In this document: positions 1 through 12,856 of the stretch, piece after piece
Layout of the letters: the number at the start of each line of letters is the position of its first letter
How positions within the stretch are numbered: position 1 is the first letter of the stretch
NCBI RefSeq assembly: GCF_018977255.1
Contig: NW_024704745.1
Coordinates: 25,978,001 to 26,042,000, forward strand
Length of the DNA: 64,000 nucleotides
Source: Callorhinchus milii
Taxonomy: Eukaryota
Direction: 5' to 3'
Made by a program: the position numbers and the translations under genes
Notes under the pieces: generated by a model
Databases searched by the model: none
Seen by the model: the letters and a program-made list of their open reading frames with translations, nothing else
Told to the model about the DNA's origin: nothing

Positions 1-44
1 AAAGCTGTGATGTACTCAGCCTTCTTTTCAGACTGCATCCAACT

Positions 45-200
45 TTGTGGCTGTTTGTGGAACATTGCTGTATACCAATTAACTGTTGCATTCACCTACA
101 AAAAAAAGGCACAACACTTTACAGTATAGTCTTATGAAGAGTCTGACACATCCGTTTGTGTGAAAACCAACATATCAAATGCATGGATTATTACTATTAA
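45..200 (+). mobile_element. Degenerate 3' half of a Deu-type SINE
   Basis: GCTGTTTGTGGAACATTGCTG Deu-like core and a TATCAAATGCATGGATTATTA tail matching the intact SINEs in this window. Confidence 0.65.
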
Positions 201-604
201 TAATAATATGTAATTGGAAAACATCTGTCTTGAATACATATGCTACTTATAGCATGAACCCCTATTAATTATTTTTAAATGAAACATTAGTAGCTTTTTT
301 GCTATTATATCAATAAAGTAGGTTGTGTTTGTGACTAAGTTTCAAATAGCATCATAAAACACCCTAGGGTGAAATTTTTCTTATCACTAAGATTTGCTAC
401 ATTGTGAGCTTACCTGTGATATTCACAAACAGAATTTCTTGTATTAATTGCAACTTCTGGTTTACAGAAGTCATGGTCACCAACTGTTTTTCGGAGATAA
501 TTTATTTGGAATTCATCATTTTCCAGTTGCAAATTTCATCATAGAACTTGTCAAACCAGAAGTGGTGAACTGAAGTTTCCAATTAACACTATGTATATAT
601 TACA

Positions 605-925
605 AATAATAATAATAATAATCCTTGCATTTGATATAGCACTTTTCACGTCGGGAGGACGTCCCAAAGCGCTTCACAGAATATACTGTAAAGTGAATTG
701 ACTGTATATTTGTGGGCGAACGCAGCAGCCAATTGCGCACAGCAATGTCCCACAAACAGTCGTAGATTGAAAATGACCAATTTATTATTGTTTTGTTTTG
801 GAGGGATTATTATTAGGCGTGTGGAGTAAGGAAACTTGCCCAAGGTTTCACCCTCTGCCTGGAATTGAACTCAGGTCTCTCGCTTGCAAAGCGAGTGCTC
901 TAACCACTGAGCTACAGGACTCCAC
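605..925 (-). mobile_element. Full-length young tRNA-Ala-headed SINE (family A, short subfamily)
   Basis: Reverse complement reads GGAGTCCTGTAGCTCAGTGGTTAGAGC (A box), TGC anticodon arm, GAGTTCAATTCC (B box), Deu-like core, L2-type stem-loop and (TTA)n tail. Near-identical to 31148-31476. Confidence 0.95.
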
Positions 926-1744
926 TATATAATAAGATCCTGTTGTGCATTTAAAACAAGATTTTCACCATAATAGAGTCACAAAACTAAGTAGCAAGAT
1001 GACATTCACTAGCAAGATGAATGGACTGGCTTCCATTCATACTAGAATACTATCTTATTGCCATTCTAGAGCTATCAACAACAACTTGCATTAATGCCCT
1101 TCATGGGGAGTATCTCGGAACACTTACAGGTATCTGAGAAAATAATGGCTTTGGATGTTGAGTGTTTTCAGAAATTCCACCTTCCACAGCCAGATTCAAT
1201 GAGTTTCTAACAGCAAAGTGGATCATCACCAGTGTGAAAATGTCATTGTTGATCGTGTCTCCTCATTAGTTGTAATGATTTTATTAATGCTACGGAAATG
1301 GTATTTCTTACACTAGGCATTTAGGAATGCTAGGGACTCATGGAAGATAGCTTACTTTGCAAAGTTTCTTACACAAACTGCATGTCTTTATTTAACTGAG
1401 AAATATCGATCACTGAAAGGGCAATGAGCTCCATTAGATAATGTCTCTTCTTGGTGAGCTACATCTGATGTATGAAGCCAACACCATATAATGGAGTACA
1501 GCCTCTCATCTGAGTGCTCGTATTGTAAATAAAATTAACACTCACACCAGCAGTGGCTTAAAAGGCTCTAAATGTTGTGAAGATGAAATGATTATTGATT
1601 TTCTCATCACATTAGTTGCCTTTCATTTTACTCATTGCAAGGGAATTCCTATCTTCTTTGAAGCAGGAAGCTTTTACCAAATTCATACATTCCCCATTTA
1701 CTTCTATTTCAAACAAATAATGCTGTACTCAAGACTCATTTTTG

Positions 1745-1920
1745 TTCTTCACCTCTGAAGAACTAGATTTAAATCCAGCCAAGGTAAAAGGGGATCAAAG
1801 ACATTGTCTCACTGAAGGTTGCTGAAGGTTAGGAGTTTAGTGAGCTCTGGTTGTCTGGCCTCAACTGAAATACAAGTCACGTGATTGTCCTGAATTCAAC
1901 ATCTCTAATTGGTTAATGTT
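1745..1920 (+). mobile_element. Old tRNA-derived SINE head fragment, LF-SINE-like
   Basis: TTCACCTCTGAAGAACTAGATTTAAATCCAGCC resembles my recollection of the LF-SINE head; highly diverged. Confidence 0.3.
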
Positions 1921-2009
1921 GGAGATTATGAAACAAGGATGCAGAATATAGAAAGTGACTGATAATTTTTTTAAAGGATGAGATCCATTTTCTCTTTTAC
2001 TTTATTACT

Positions 2010-2300
2010 GGTCTTAGCCTGACTCAAATTGTCTGCCAGATCAGGAAGATGTTAAACATCCCATGACACAATTTGAAAAGAAAAGAGAGTTTCTCTAATG
2101 TCCTGGTCAACAATCCCCCAAATATAATTGGTCATTCGCTTTATAGCTGTTTGTGGAACATTCCTTTACACGAATAGGCTGCCACTCCTGCCTACATTAT
2201 CACATTATCCTGTGATATATCAATATATCATGTGAAGCACTTTTAGATGGCCTCCTGACTTGATGAATATTACTATATTAATGCAATTATTAATTATTAT
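2010..2300 (+). mobile_element. 5'-truncated Deu-SINE
   Basis: GATGTTAAACATCCCATGACAC...TGTCCTGGTCAACAAT...GCTGTTTGTGGAACATT Deu domain and a (TTA)n-like tail. Confidence 0.75.
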
Positions 2301-2644
2301 TAATATATAAATGCCACAGATTTTTTTTTAAAAAAGGGTTATTTGGTGGATTGTTGTTCTTCAGTGGTGATGGACAAGCCAAGCACACTTTGGATTTAGG
2401 TATCACTATGCCCTGTTCATGTGCATCAGTAGTATAAAGGCAACGGAATCGAATTTGCAGTTATTTTAATTCCTTGATAAAGAATGTTAAGAAATAGCAC
2501 AAATTAAATGCAAACTGACACTGCAAGCTAAATGTTTCCTCCACTCACCTGATATTAGATTTTGAGTTTGCTGTTTGTTCTGCAGGCCAAAGGAACAACA
2601 GTAGGAAAAGGCTTGCCTTCAAAATGTTCTCAGCTGCATGTATT

Positions 2645-2880
2645 GTAGAGTCCTGTAACATATCGGACAGGGCACTGATGTTACAAGAGAGAGAACCTGA
2701 GTTCGATTCCTGGACAGGGCGAAATGTTAAGCAAGTTTCCTTACTGCACGCCAGCTCTTGTTTGTCTAGCAGTAAGTATGAACCTGGTTATTAGTCGATT
2801 GGCAGATTGCTTTTCTGGGGTTAACAATCCTTTCAAAAAAAAAAATTGTCATTTAATCCACGACTATTTGTGGGACACTG
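2645..2880 (+). mobile_element. Family A SINE, long subfamily, 3'-truncated
   Basis: Diverged tRNA head with B box GAGTTCGATTCC, then CAAGTTTCCTTACT and the extra AGCAGTAAGTATGAACC segment; stops at TTTGTGGGACACT. Confidence 0.85.
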
Positions 2881-3834
2881 TTAGCAAAGCCAAATGTGCT
2901 AGATCCTCGTTTTCTAATACAGCAAAAGATCTAACACAGTTAAAACGAGTCTTGCAAATTATTGAAATCAGCTGTCAGCTATAAAAAAGAGATAGTTCAT
3001 TCAGATTTATTATTATTATTATTATTATTTGATAGGTTACATGTAATGTTGTCAAATATCCAATATCTGTTCACTTTGAATTGCTGAAGAAAGCCTCACC
3101 CTGCTTCTCCATGATGTTCAAGTCCCTCCTGGCTGCCTAAGGCACACAGAAACCTGGAGCTGGACTGACACAAACAAAAATAACTTGTTAGGAGACCAGC
3201 TTTTAACTAACAAAAGGGCTTGGTGAGCTGTGAGACTGAACAATAGGAAATAAAAGGTGGCATGGATTGTACAACATGAAGGAAAAGAAGAAGAAAATAG
3301 AGAGAATACCATTTTAATGAAGCGAGTGAGGCGCAGTGCTACACAATTTTAGCTGCTGCATTTCCCTCCATGATGGCAACATTTTTTGTCAGTATTGCCC
3401 TTGAGGAAGATGCTATGGGGGATGGGCGATAAGTCACCAATTACCGTCTCATAAACTGAAGAACATACATCATATACCTGGTTCTCAAAACACTGAGAAA
3501 TTAGATATTATTGCTCCTGAAATTGAAGAAGTTGTGCACTGCAGCACTAACTGTTCTTCAATTGTTTCCCTTGTAATAGAGTTGGTCACATTTTCCATCC
3601 TCGATCAATGGGGAATATTTTCTGGTGGTCTAACAAGTTTCATAAAAACTCCTTTACTGCGTTTCTCATTTACTTTTATGACTCAAATACACATTGCAAT
3701 CTGAGCTTTGGGTTTTATGACGCTTCATGTGTTCCAGGCAATTAATGACCATTTCATTGTCCAGCAATCCCACCAGCTGTCCTGTGCAAAATGCTGACAT
3801 TTCAGTTTCTTCGTGAATTCCATAAGATCAGGGT

Positions 3835-3930
3835 TTAGACTAGATAGCTCCAGCAGGGACCCAGCACCAACATAAACATAATGGGCCAAATGCCCTCCTT
3901 CTGTGCTGAAATCCCTATAACTTTATGAAT
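3835..3930 (+). mobile_element. CR1 LINE 3' tail fragment
   Basis: ATGGGCCAAATGCCCTCCTTCTGTGCTG matches the CR1 3' end at 8140-8210. Confidence 0.7.
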
Positions 3931-5959
3931 CAACAGTGAAAGTGCATCCCATCAACGCAGCCTGGGAATAGTACTGATGTATTTTATTGCAAAAAATATT
4001 GTTTATAAATTCTGTCACACTGTTAGCCTATCACTGTATCATGTCTGTCATTATTAGGGATTCCCAACTAGCTCTTCAGTCCTTTAGGCCTCACATTACC
4101 TTTTTTTTTATTTCTCCTGCAATTTTCTTTTCCAATTTCAAAATATGTCAAATGCAAATTATAGGTCACAATTTTCTCTTTATATCCCTTGCTTTGCATC
4201 CTCAAATTCTTGAGAGCTTTTTGTTAACAGTTGAAATTGCATAAATGTGTTTGTTGGCAGTAACAAAATTGGTGTGATCTATTCTGTGCCCCTTTTTAAG
4301 ACACTCACTATTGTCTTGTGCGAATGCATATTGCAAAACACAATTAAGCTGCTGAGGGCCTATTGAAAATAATTTAAGAGGAACACAAGGAATTCTGCTC
4401 ACATGTTATTGCCACTGTAACACTGGGTTATTTGCTTCATTTCAGACTTGGAGAAAGTGAATTGTTCACTATTTGCAGTTGTCAGTGTCTGTAACTGAGA
4501 AGACTGCAGACGGTTTTAGTTCTAAGGCCCAGAAGCATGCACAGAATTTTGCTGATCTTTACTGCAGTAAACTGTTATTCACTCTGATATTTCTTAATAT
4601 GGAATATTTAATAATTGAACTGATAATTTATTGAGTGTTTAAAAAAAAACTTTCTTCTGTCCTTTGAATGTTTTAGAGATAAAAATTTCCATTTGATTTT
4701 AACATTCATTGTGGAACTGGAGTTCAGTCAAATGACACAACTAAAAGACCCTCAAATTAATAATAGAACCTGGAAGCAGAAAGTACAACACAAGTGGGAC
4801 TATTCAGTTATGACATTTGGAAAATATTTAAATGCAGCCAATGCATCTAATAGTAAGAATCACTATTTTATCCATCAAGAAAACGCCAGTGCATATTAAT
4901 GGACTGAATTCCCCATTTCTCTGCATAACATTCTGTAGGGTGAATATTTTAATACTTGTTAACAGATTTGTTTGGATAATATCGGATCAAATCTGTTTGG
5001 AAGCACATCAATTTTCATCTGTATGATTCTATGAATATTTTGACTTCAAACCTGAAAGTAGCTTCTGCAGCCTTTAAATGCCTCAATTAAATCATTGATT
5101 TTATGAAATGTGCTGATCTGCTTTGTGAAATGATTTCTTTGTTGTTTGATAACCTTTTGATAATCTGAGGCAATTCCTAAATTAGCAATGCAAATCGTCA
5201 TTGTAGCAAAAAGCCCAATACGCTTACCAATTAGTTTCTTTTTGTAATTGGCCTTTTGCCCACAGATTGCACTTGAAGAGCTGAATTAAACCCCATTGTT
5301 TCCCTCTTAGATTTGCTTTAACCAATCTGGGCTTTGTTATGCACTTCTTGATATTGCACATAATTCATTTGCAAGCTCTCTAATGACCCTTAAAAGTACA
5401 GTATTTTAGATTTGTTTAGTGTGTTCACTGCACTATTATTTCCCAATGCACAACTCATCACATTGCTCTTCTTGCCTTAAAAGCAGCACTGCTGAAATGT
5501 AGTACATTAATTTTATGCTTCATATCTTGCCACATTGTTTAATGTAATGGCTTTATGATCAGTGGAATTCAAGTGATTGAGCTGGAGAGCTTCAGAATTC
5601 ATTGATATCCTAGTATTACAGAAGGCTATTAGCAATGCAATTCCAGAACAAATTCAAATAGGCAAAACAAAGTGAGGAGGGAACAGTTCCCACATGAATA
5701 AACAACAGATGGACTTTGCAAACATAACCATGGCCATGTTCCTCAATGTGAAGATGAAAAAAAATGAAGTCAGTACCAGTTCAGCCCTTAGGTTATTACT
5801 GGAGTGTAGTTGGCATCTAACCCCTTGAGCCACTGACCCGATAAAACAGAAAGGAGGAGCAGAACCTCAGTGTGGACAATGTAATATTGTGCCCAAAACA
5901 GAGGAGGATAATGATACCTCATCAGAATAGCATAAAGATAAGATTACACAGCATCAGAA

Positions 5960-6515
5960 GAGAGAGTTGGATGAAGAAGGCCCATTTAAGGTCATTCTTT
6001 CAAAATGCTGATCCTTCTACCACAGCATTATAATACTAATAATCCTTGCATTTGAAATGGCGCCTTATCATGTCGTCAAGAAGTCTCAAAGCTCTTCACA
6101 GAATACACTGTAAAGTGAATTGATATTACAATGTTTCACAAATTAGTCTAGTGTCCTGCCCTCAACAACCCTTTGTGGTAACCCCTTCAGTTGTTGTTAT
6201 TCACTGTGTGAAAAATTATTTCCTGATGTCTGGCTCGAATTTACCCTTTACAACTGTGAATCTATGCCTTGTATTATGCTGCCTTGGCATGTCTGAAAAT
6301 ATTTTTCTGAGTTTACTTTCTCATCCCAAATCTCATATACCTCTACAAAGTCCCTCTGGGATCCCTCTTTTCAAGGCTGAAGAAGCTTATCGTATCTATT
6401 TTGGTCATATCTCATTCTTATAACAGTGGGGATAATCCTCATTGGTCTCCTCTGCCTCGAGGGCTTGGGAATCTCCTGGTCACAGTGACCGACTGTACAC
6501 AGCAGTCCAGGTGCA
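5960..6515 (-). mobile_element. Old CR1 3' fragment interrupted by a SINE tail (about 6030-6125, minus)
   Basis: CACTGTGTGAAAAATTATTTCCTGATGTC and CTCTTTTCAAGGCTGAAGA are typical antisense CR1 3' ORF2 sequence; the insert is AATAATCCTTGCATTTG...CACAGAATACACTGTAAAGTGAATTGA. Confidence 0.65.
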
Positions 6516-8210
6516 ACTTTTTGATGAAGTAACAGAGAGGGTGGATGAAGAAGTGCAGTTGATGTAGTTTATATGGATTTTCAAAAGGCATTTGGTAAAG
6601 TGCCACATAAGAGACTTAGAAGCAAATTAGAAGCCCACGGTATTAAAAGAACATTGGCAGCATGCATACAGAACTGGCTGGGAGACAGAAAACAGAGAGC
6701 AGTGGTGAACGTTGTTTTTCTGACTGGAGGGAAGTATGCAGTGGTGTCCCCCAGGGATCGGTATTGGGACCACTGCTGTTTTTGATCTATATAAATTACC
6801 TGGACTTGGGTATAGGGAGTGCAATTTTCAAGTTTGCAGGAAAAGTAGTAAGCAGTGAGAAGGATAGTAGCAGACTGCAAGAGGACATAGATGACTGGTA
6901 AAATGGGCAGGCACGTGGCATTTTATGTGGAGAAATGCGAAATGATGCATTTTGGGAGGAAGATGAGGAGAGGCAAGAAAGCTAGATGGTACAATCTTAA
7001 AGGGGATGAAGGAACAGAGAGACCTGGGGTTTCATGTAAGTAACAACAACAACAACAACAAAATTAGATTGATAGAGTGCCTTTCACGTTGGGAGGACGT
7101 CCCAAAGCGCTGAACAGTCAGGTGTCGGGGTCCGTGCATGGGATAGGGGTGGTGGAGGGAAGGCAGAGAGGTGGGAGGGCGACCAAAGGCACGATCGAAG
7201 AAAAGGATCTTGAAGGCTTTGAAGGAGGCAAGGGAGGAAGCAAGGCGAAAGGACCGTGGGATGAAGTTACAGAATGTGGGGGCAGAGAGGCTGAAAGCCC
7301 GGCCACCGATGGTAGGGTAGGTCAGGCGGGAGACATGCTGGACGGAGGGAGCGGGTAGGTTGATAGGGAGTCAGCAGGTCAGAGAGGTAGGAGGGGGCAA
7401 GGCCATGGATGGCCTTGAAAGTGCGGACGAGCATCTTGAACTCGATCCTCTGGGGGAAGGGGAGCCAGTGGAGTCAGACAAGAACGGGAGTGAAGGGCTA
7501 AATCCTTAAAGGTGGCAGGACAGATAGATAAAGCTGTTAAAAAAAAGCATACAGGATACTAGGCTTCATAAATAGGGCATAGAATACAAAGTCAGGAAGT
7601 TATGATGAACTTTTATAAAACACTGGTTAGGCCTCAGCTAGAGTACTTTGTTCAGTTTTGGGCACCACACTTTAGGAAGGATGTCAAGGCATTGGAGAGA
7701 GTGCAAAGGAGATTTACCAGGATACTACCAGGAATGAGGAACTTCAGTTATCAGGAGAGGCTAGAGAAGCTAGGATTATTTCCTTGGAGCAGAGAAGGTT
7801 AAGAAGAGACTAAATAGAAGATTTCAAAATGATGTAGGGATTTGATAGGTTGAACAAGGAGAAGCTATTTCCATTGGTGGGTGTGTCGATAACCTGAGGA
7901 CACTGTTTAAAATAGTTGTTAAAAGAAACAGAGGGGAGGTGAGGAGAAATTTTTTTACAAAGCGAGTTGTTCGGATCTGGAATGCATTGCCTGAAAGTGT
8001 GGTGGAAGCCGATTTAATAACAGCTTTTAAGAGAGAAGTAGATAATTATTTGGGGAGGACAAGTTTGCAGGGCTAAGGAGAGAGTGTGGGGGAGTGGGAT
8101 TAAATTGGATAGCTCTTTTCAAAGAGCCGGCACAGACACAATGAGCTGAATGGCCTTCTTCTGTGTAGTATGATTCTTCTGTGTACTATGATTCTATGAT
8201 TCTATGATTC
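6516..8210 (+). mobile_element. 5'-truncated CR1 LINE (RT C-terminal half plus 3' UTR), frameshifted, with nested L2 fragment
   Basis: Peptides [34 protein letters not shown] and YKTLVRPQLEYFVQFWAPHFRKD; ends in (ATTCTATG)n. Confidence 0.95.
7041..7497 (-). mobile_element. L2 LINE 3' fragment nested inside CR1
   Basis: (TTG)n tail, stem-loop GCGCTTTGGGACGTCCTCCCAACGTGAAAGGCAC and RIEFKML..FKAIHGLAP-type coding remnant; CR1 resumes at about 7500. Confidence 0.92.
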
Positions 8211-8460
8211 TAACCTGGCAGCATTGTACAGGTTGAGTATGAATTCTGGGAATGTGAATTGAATTGATTTGACTATAGTGGAGAGGCATAGTCTAATCCA
8301 GAGGTGTGATATCCCTAACCATTTTAAGTGTCAATTTTTTAAGTTACTCTATAACCTTAGCAGATGCTCAAAGGAGTAATTTGTTGTGGCAAACCCAAAA
8401 CAAAGTTCAATAGTGATAAATGCAAGGTACTGCAGACAGGAAAATCCTTTTTGGCTTAGG

Positions 8461-8625
8461 TTATTATTAATAATAATAATAATCCTTGTATTTGATATAG
8501 CACTTTATCATGTTGTCGAGACATCTGAAAGCGCTTTACAGGATATACTGTAAAGTGGATTGACTGTGTATTTTGTGGGCGAAACACGACAGTCAATTTG
8601 CACCCAGCAGTGTCCCACAAATAGC
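8461..8625 (-). mobile_element. Family A SINE 3' half
   Basis: (TAA)n TCCTTGTATTTGATATAGC ... CAGCAGTGTCCCACAAA. Confidence 0.85.
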
Positions 8626-8880
8626 CATTACCATTCTTAGCCATTGCGAGTCGCTAAGCAGAGGTCAGAGTTTCTACAAGAAGAGGTGAAAGAGATTCAG
8701 AGTGCAAGGAAGAGGGAGGGAGTATGAGAAAGAGAAAAGAAAAAAAGTGCGGGGAAACAAAAAAACAGAAAGATGAGCGAAAGAGTTATTCATAACCCAC
8801 AGGCAATAGGCAGTGCAAATTACAAGCCCTCTCTCGTACTGCTTATTGCTTTGTCTCACTGTTTTGAAGTGGTGAATGAT

Positions 8881-9030
8881 GAGTCAACATCTCTAAATCT
8901 CTTTCAGCTTCCCTTTGTCAAGTTCTAGCCCATCTATGGAGTACACATGCCTCTGATTTCTTTCTGGAGTGCCTTGCATTTATCACTGTTGAACTTTGGT
9001 TTTGGTTTGCCACAACAAATTACTTCTTTG
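8881..9030 (-). mobile_element. Old CR1 RT fragment
   Basis: Reverse complement translates, with frameshifts, KFNSDKCKAL...NQRHVYSIDGLELDKG/EAERDLEML, resembling CR1 KFNxDKCKVLH...ERDLGV. Confidence 0.7.
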
Positions 9031-10689
9031 AGCATCTGCTAAGGTTATAGACTAACTTGACAAATTGACACTAAAATGGTTAGGGGTATTACTCCTCTGG
9101 ATTAGACTATGCCTCTCCACTATAGTAAATAAAACCTATGTTTCAGATCCCAATGCAGACCTTAAAATCACAGGACACATATAAGCCCTCCAAAAAGTAA
9201 AACAATGTGGTATACAAAATATGGTATGTGATAATAATCACATCATGGGTCATTCTGTTCTGGGATATATCTCAGTGATTGGTTTAACATGATCCTTGTG
9301 CTATTTAGCACATGCAATAACTTATGAAATGCCACCAACTTAACCCAAGTATTACCTCACAATACATTTGAACTTCGAGGCATGTGTTCTGATATAGTAA
9401 TAAAGGGAATACTAGATTGAGACTCAACACCATAATTTGATACTTAACAGCACATCAATTAAGAGTCCATTTTTAGTCATTACTGTACTTTAGTAAGTTA
9501 CATTTCTTTACCTGTGTTTATCTTTTATTTTCCATCGTGTCTGTCTTCTCATTTCAAGCATAGTAAAAAGGGCACAATTTAATTTTAGAGTGAGCTCATA
9601 ATGTGTAAAACAAAATTGCAGTATCTTTGATGTTCTTAATGCCCCTTTGCATCATCTCTCCGCAACCACTAAATGTTTTACCATGTGGTTTCCATGGAGT
9701 CCAGTGTTTTTCAATCTATTTAATAAATGTCATTACAGGCACTCATCACCCCAGATGCAGGTGCAATTTATCCAGGAGAGGAATGTAATATTTTGTTTCA
9801 CGCTGACCACATGTAATCCTGAAAATTATTGTCCAAAGCTATCTTTGCTATTAATGCTGAAGTGATACAATAATTTACATTATAAATACTGGAATTCAAG
9901 CATTCTGGAAACAGCTGCTTGCCATACTAGACTGATCCTTTTCAACAACAGAATGACTGTGTGCAGATCTGAAGGAAATCTTCCTGTAAATGTATTGTAT
10001 TTGTTAAGCGACAATAAAGAAAATTATTCCTTAGTCACTTTACATAATAAGTTATTTGTGTTGTAGCTGTAAGCTTAACATTGACTTAAATACAGGCTTT
10101 GCAATCCTGTGGTTGAAGACTTTCATACCAGAACTGTTAAGCATAAATCTGCCAGCACCAATTCTGCCAGCACCAATTCTGCTGAGTTTTTAGGGAATTA
10201 TAGAAGTTTGGAGTTTTAATGAAAAAAGATAAATTAAATATGTATTATGTTAAAAAAAATCTATTTTAGGCAATGTATGCCAAGTCTTATCTTCACAGAT
10301 TCTTATATTTTATAAGCAAAAATAAATTTGTCTGGCTTCAACACAATAGGGAAATAGCACAATCATCAAAACATTGAGGTATAAACTGCCATTATTTTCT
10401 GCTAACTTTCATCTTGTTTGCCTCGTGTTTACAGAAATTGAAGTTGTGCACATGGATAAAACCATAACGTTGCTCACAGTTTGGGAAACACTAATAAGTT
10501 GCACATCTTTATTACTTAGCAAAAAAAACATAGCAATTGAATTGCTCGCATATTTCTTTCCTGGCGTGTTTTCACTGATGAATGTAGACAGGATAATCAT
10601 AAAAGGCTATCTAGAAAAGTGACCAACAGCTTCAAAAAAAACTGTTAAAGTAATTAAAGTAATTAATTTGTAGATATGAACCCTTAAGC

Positions 10690-10990
10690 AATCAATGTAC
10701 AAGGTTCTGGTCAGGCCTCACCCAGAGTATTTTAGCTGCCCGGAAGCTGCCCAAAGTTTAGAGGCAGTGCGAAGGAGAGGAACATGGATGATCCCAGTGT
10801 TAGAAAAATAAGCTGTGAGCAATAATTACTTGGCTCTTCATTCCTAAAAAGAGCTGTCTCAGAGGGGACCTTTTAGAAGTACATATGATTCTAAATTGGA
10901 TTGACAAAGTAAACTCAGAACAACAGTTTTAGATATGCCAAGGCAGCTGTACAAGAGGACACAGGTTCAGGGTAATAAAAGGCAATTTTG
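10690..10990 (+). mobile_element. Old CR1 ORF2 3' fragment
   Basis: TACAAGGTTCTGGTCAGGCCTCACCCAGAGTAT (YKVLVRPHPEY), AGAGGGGACCTTTTAGAAGT and GGACACAGGTTCAG. Confidence 0.7.
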
Positions 10991-11636
10991 GACACTCCCT
11001 CCTTTCTTTTTGACCAGTGTCATACACTTTGTAAGAGAAACTTCATTGAGGATTATGGTATATTTTAGCACATCTTTCTCCTTTAAGATCAATCCTTTTC
11101 CTATCATGGAGATACATGGCGCTAAATTGAGAGAAACTACACTAATTCCCCACTAAGCGCTCTTGGAGGCGGCCCTGTGTGAAGGGCGCTACATAAATGC
11201 AAGTTGTTGTTGTAATTCAGGCCATTTGGCCTAAGTAGTCCATGCTGACATTTACAACTTCAACTCTTCTGTACCTCCCTATTTCTTTCGCCCTCATGTA
11301 CGTGTCAATTTATATACATTGAATATAATAATTACATTGATACCACGTGCTTCAACTGTGGCTTTCGATGGAGACATGCTGCTTGAACCCTGTAATTTTT
11401 GAATCATCTTGAAACATGTCTGTTGTTCATTTTGTTATTATGACGTTAATGGCCGAGCGAGATATTTTCACATGCTTGTGGTGCATTTTATTTACGAAAC
11501 CAACTAGAACACGAACATGCTTCATTACCTTTCATTTCTGATTACTGGAGTGCTCTAGAATGAGGAGGAAAGGGGAAATATATTTACAAAAAGCTAGAAA
11601 GGCAAAAAAGGTGTAAACTCCAGGAAAAAAATTATT

Positions 11637-12088
11637 CAACAACAACAACAACAAGATTCCATTTATTGAGCGCCTTTCACGTCGGGAGGACGTCCCAAGG
11701 TGCTGTACAGTTAGGTCAGGACCCGAGCAGGGGGAAATGGTCAGGGTGAGGAGAGGGAAGGGAGGGAGCGAGGAGGGGTAGAGAGTCGAGAGGGGAGCTG
11801 AAGGCACGGTCAAAGAGAAAGGTCTTGAGACCGGCCTTGAAGGAGGAAAGGGAGGAGGCAAGGCGAAGGCACTGGGGATAGAGTTCCAGAGCCTCGGGGC
11901 TGAGAGGCTGAAGGCCCGGCCACCAATGGTAGGGCGGTTGGGGCGGGGATGTGGAGCAGACCGGAGCCAGAGGAACGGAGGGTACGGGCAGGTAGGTAAG
12001 GGGATAGTAGGTCGGAGAGGTAGGGGGGAGCAAGGCCGTGAATGGCCTTGTAGGTGAGGATGAGGATCTTGAATTCAAGTCCTCTCTC
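11637..12088 (-). mobile_element. Young L2 LINE 3' fragment
   Basis: [24 protein letters not shown], intact CpG-rich stem-loop and (TTG)n tail; nearly identical to the 3' part of 26154-27052. Confidence 0.95.
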
Positions 12089-12774
12089 CAAGATCATAAT
12101 TTAATAAAGAAAGTCAATTGGTTTGATGGGGCATCTGAAAGCAATGGAGCACAATTTCTGTGTTCAATTGCAATGAGTATCAATTCAGTCTTGAAAAGCT
12201 TGCACAAAGTTAGATGAATTAAAAGCTGAATGATTCAGATTGTTTCCCCAATTAACATTTCTGTGATTTAAAGAGAACAACCATTAAACCTGTAAGTATT
12301 CTATGCTTCCACTCTTTAGGCTGCATTGGCAAGCTGCTGAAATATTTCAGAAGATATGTATTGCTTGAATAATTCATTGTCTCTAAACCAAACAAACTGA
12401 TGATTGCAACTGACTGTGTTGATTAGGTACAGCAGTTCTTTCATGAGAACAAAAGGTTTGTCATCTTATTAATGTCATAGATGGCAGTTAAGTTATTATC
12501 TGTATTTTTTTGCATATCTGAAGGGGCACCTTGGAATGTTCCATCACCGTTAAGATGTTCAAATTTGTTTGGAGGCCATAAATGTTGAGCTGGAGGTTAT
12601 TACATCTGGAAACGTATTCTGCTTGACTGTGTGAAATGCAACTCTTACAACAGCCAGCAGGACTACAGAAACTCTTGTTCTTGCAGAAACAGTTCTACAA
12701 GGTTTCTGTTCACATGCTGTGATGCTGAATAAAATACTTTTGTGGTAATAAAACTATTCAAACCTCAGAATACA

Positions 12775-12856
12775 ACAACAACAAAAGTACATTTGTATAG
12801 CGCCATTCATGTCGGGAGGACGTCCCAAGGCGCTGGACAGTGTACAGCATTTCAGA
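12775..12856 (-). mobile_element. L2 tail-only insertion
   Basis: (CAA)n ... TAGCGCCATTCATGTCGGGAGGACGTCCCAAGGCGCTGGACAG. Confidence 0.85.

Larger units (their letters stand above)
8272..9126. repeat. Long inverted repeat: arms 8272-8446 and 8955-9126, about 90% identical by eye
   Basis: ACTATAGTGGAGAGGCATAGTCTAATCCAGAGG at 8272 and its exact reverse complement ending at 9126; similarity continues for about 175 bp. Confidence 0.95.

Noticed and set aside
8272-9126. Classical Tc1/mariner, hAT or piggyBac MITE interpretation of the inverted repeat
   Set aside because: No diagnostic terminal motif or convincing TSD, and one arm is continuous with a CR1 fragment; kept as an inverted duplication instead
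10148-10185. Short tandem duplications (also about 992-1021, 46304-46326, 54662-54696, 8156-8190)
   Set aside because: Two-copy slippage duplications; no spacer array, so neither CRISPR nor satellite
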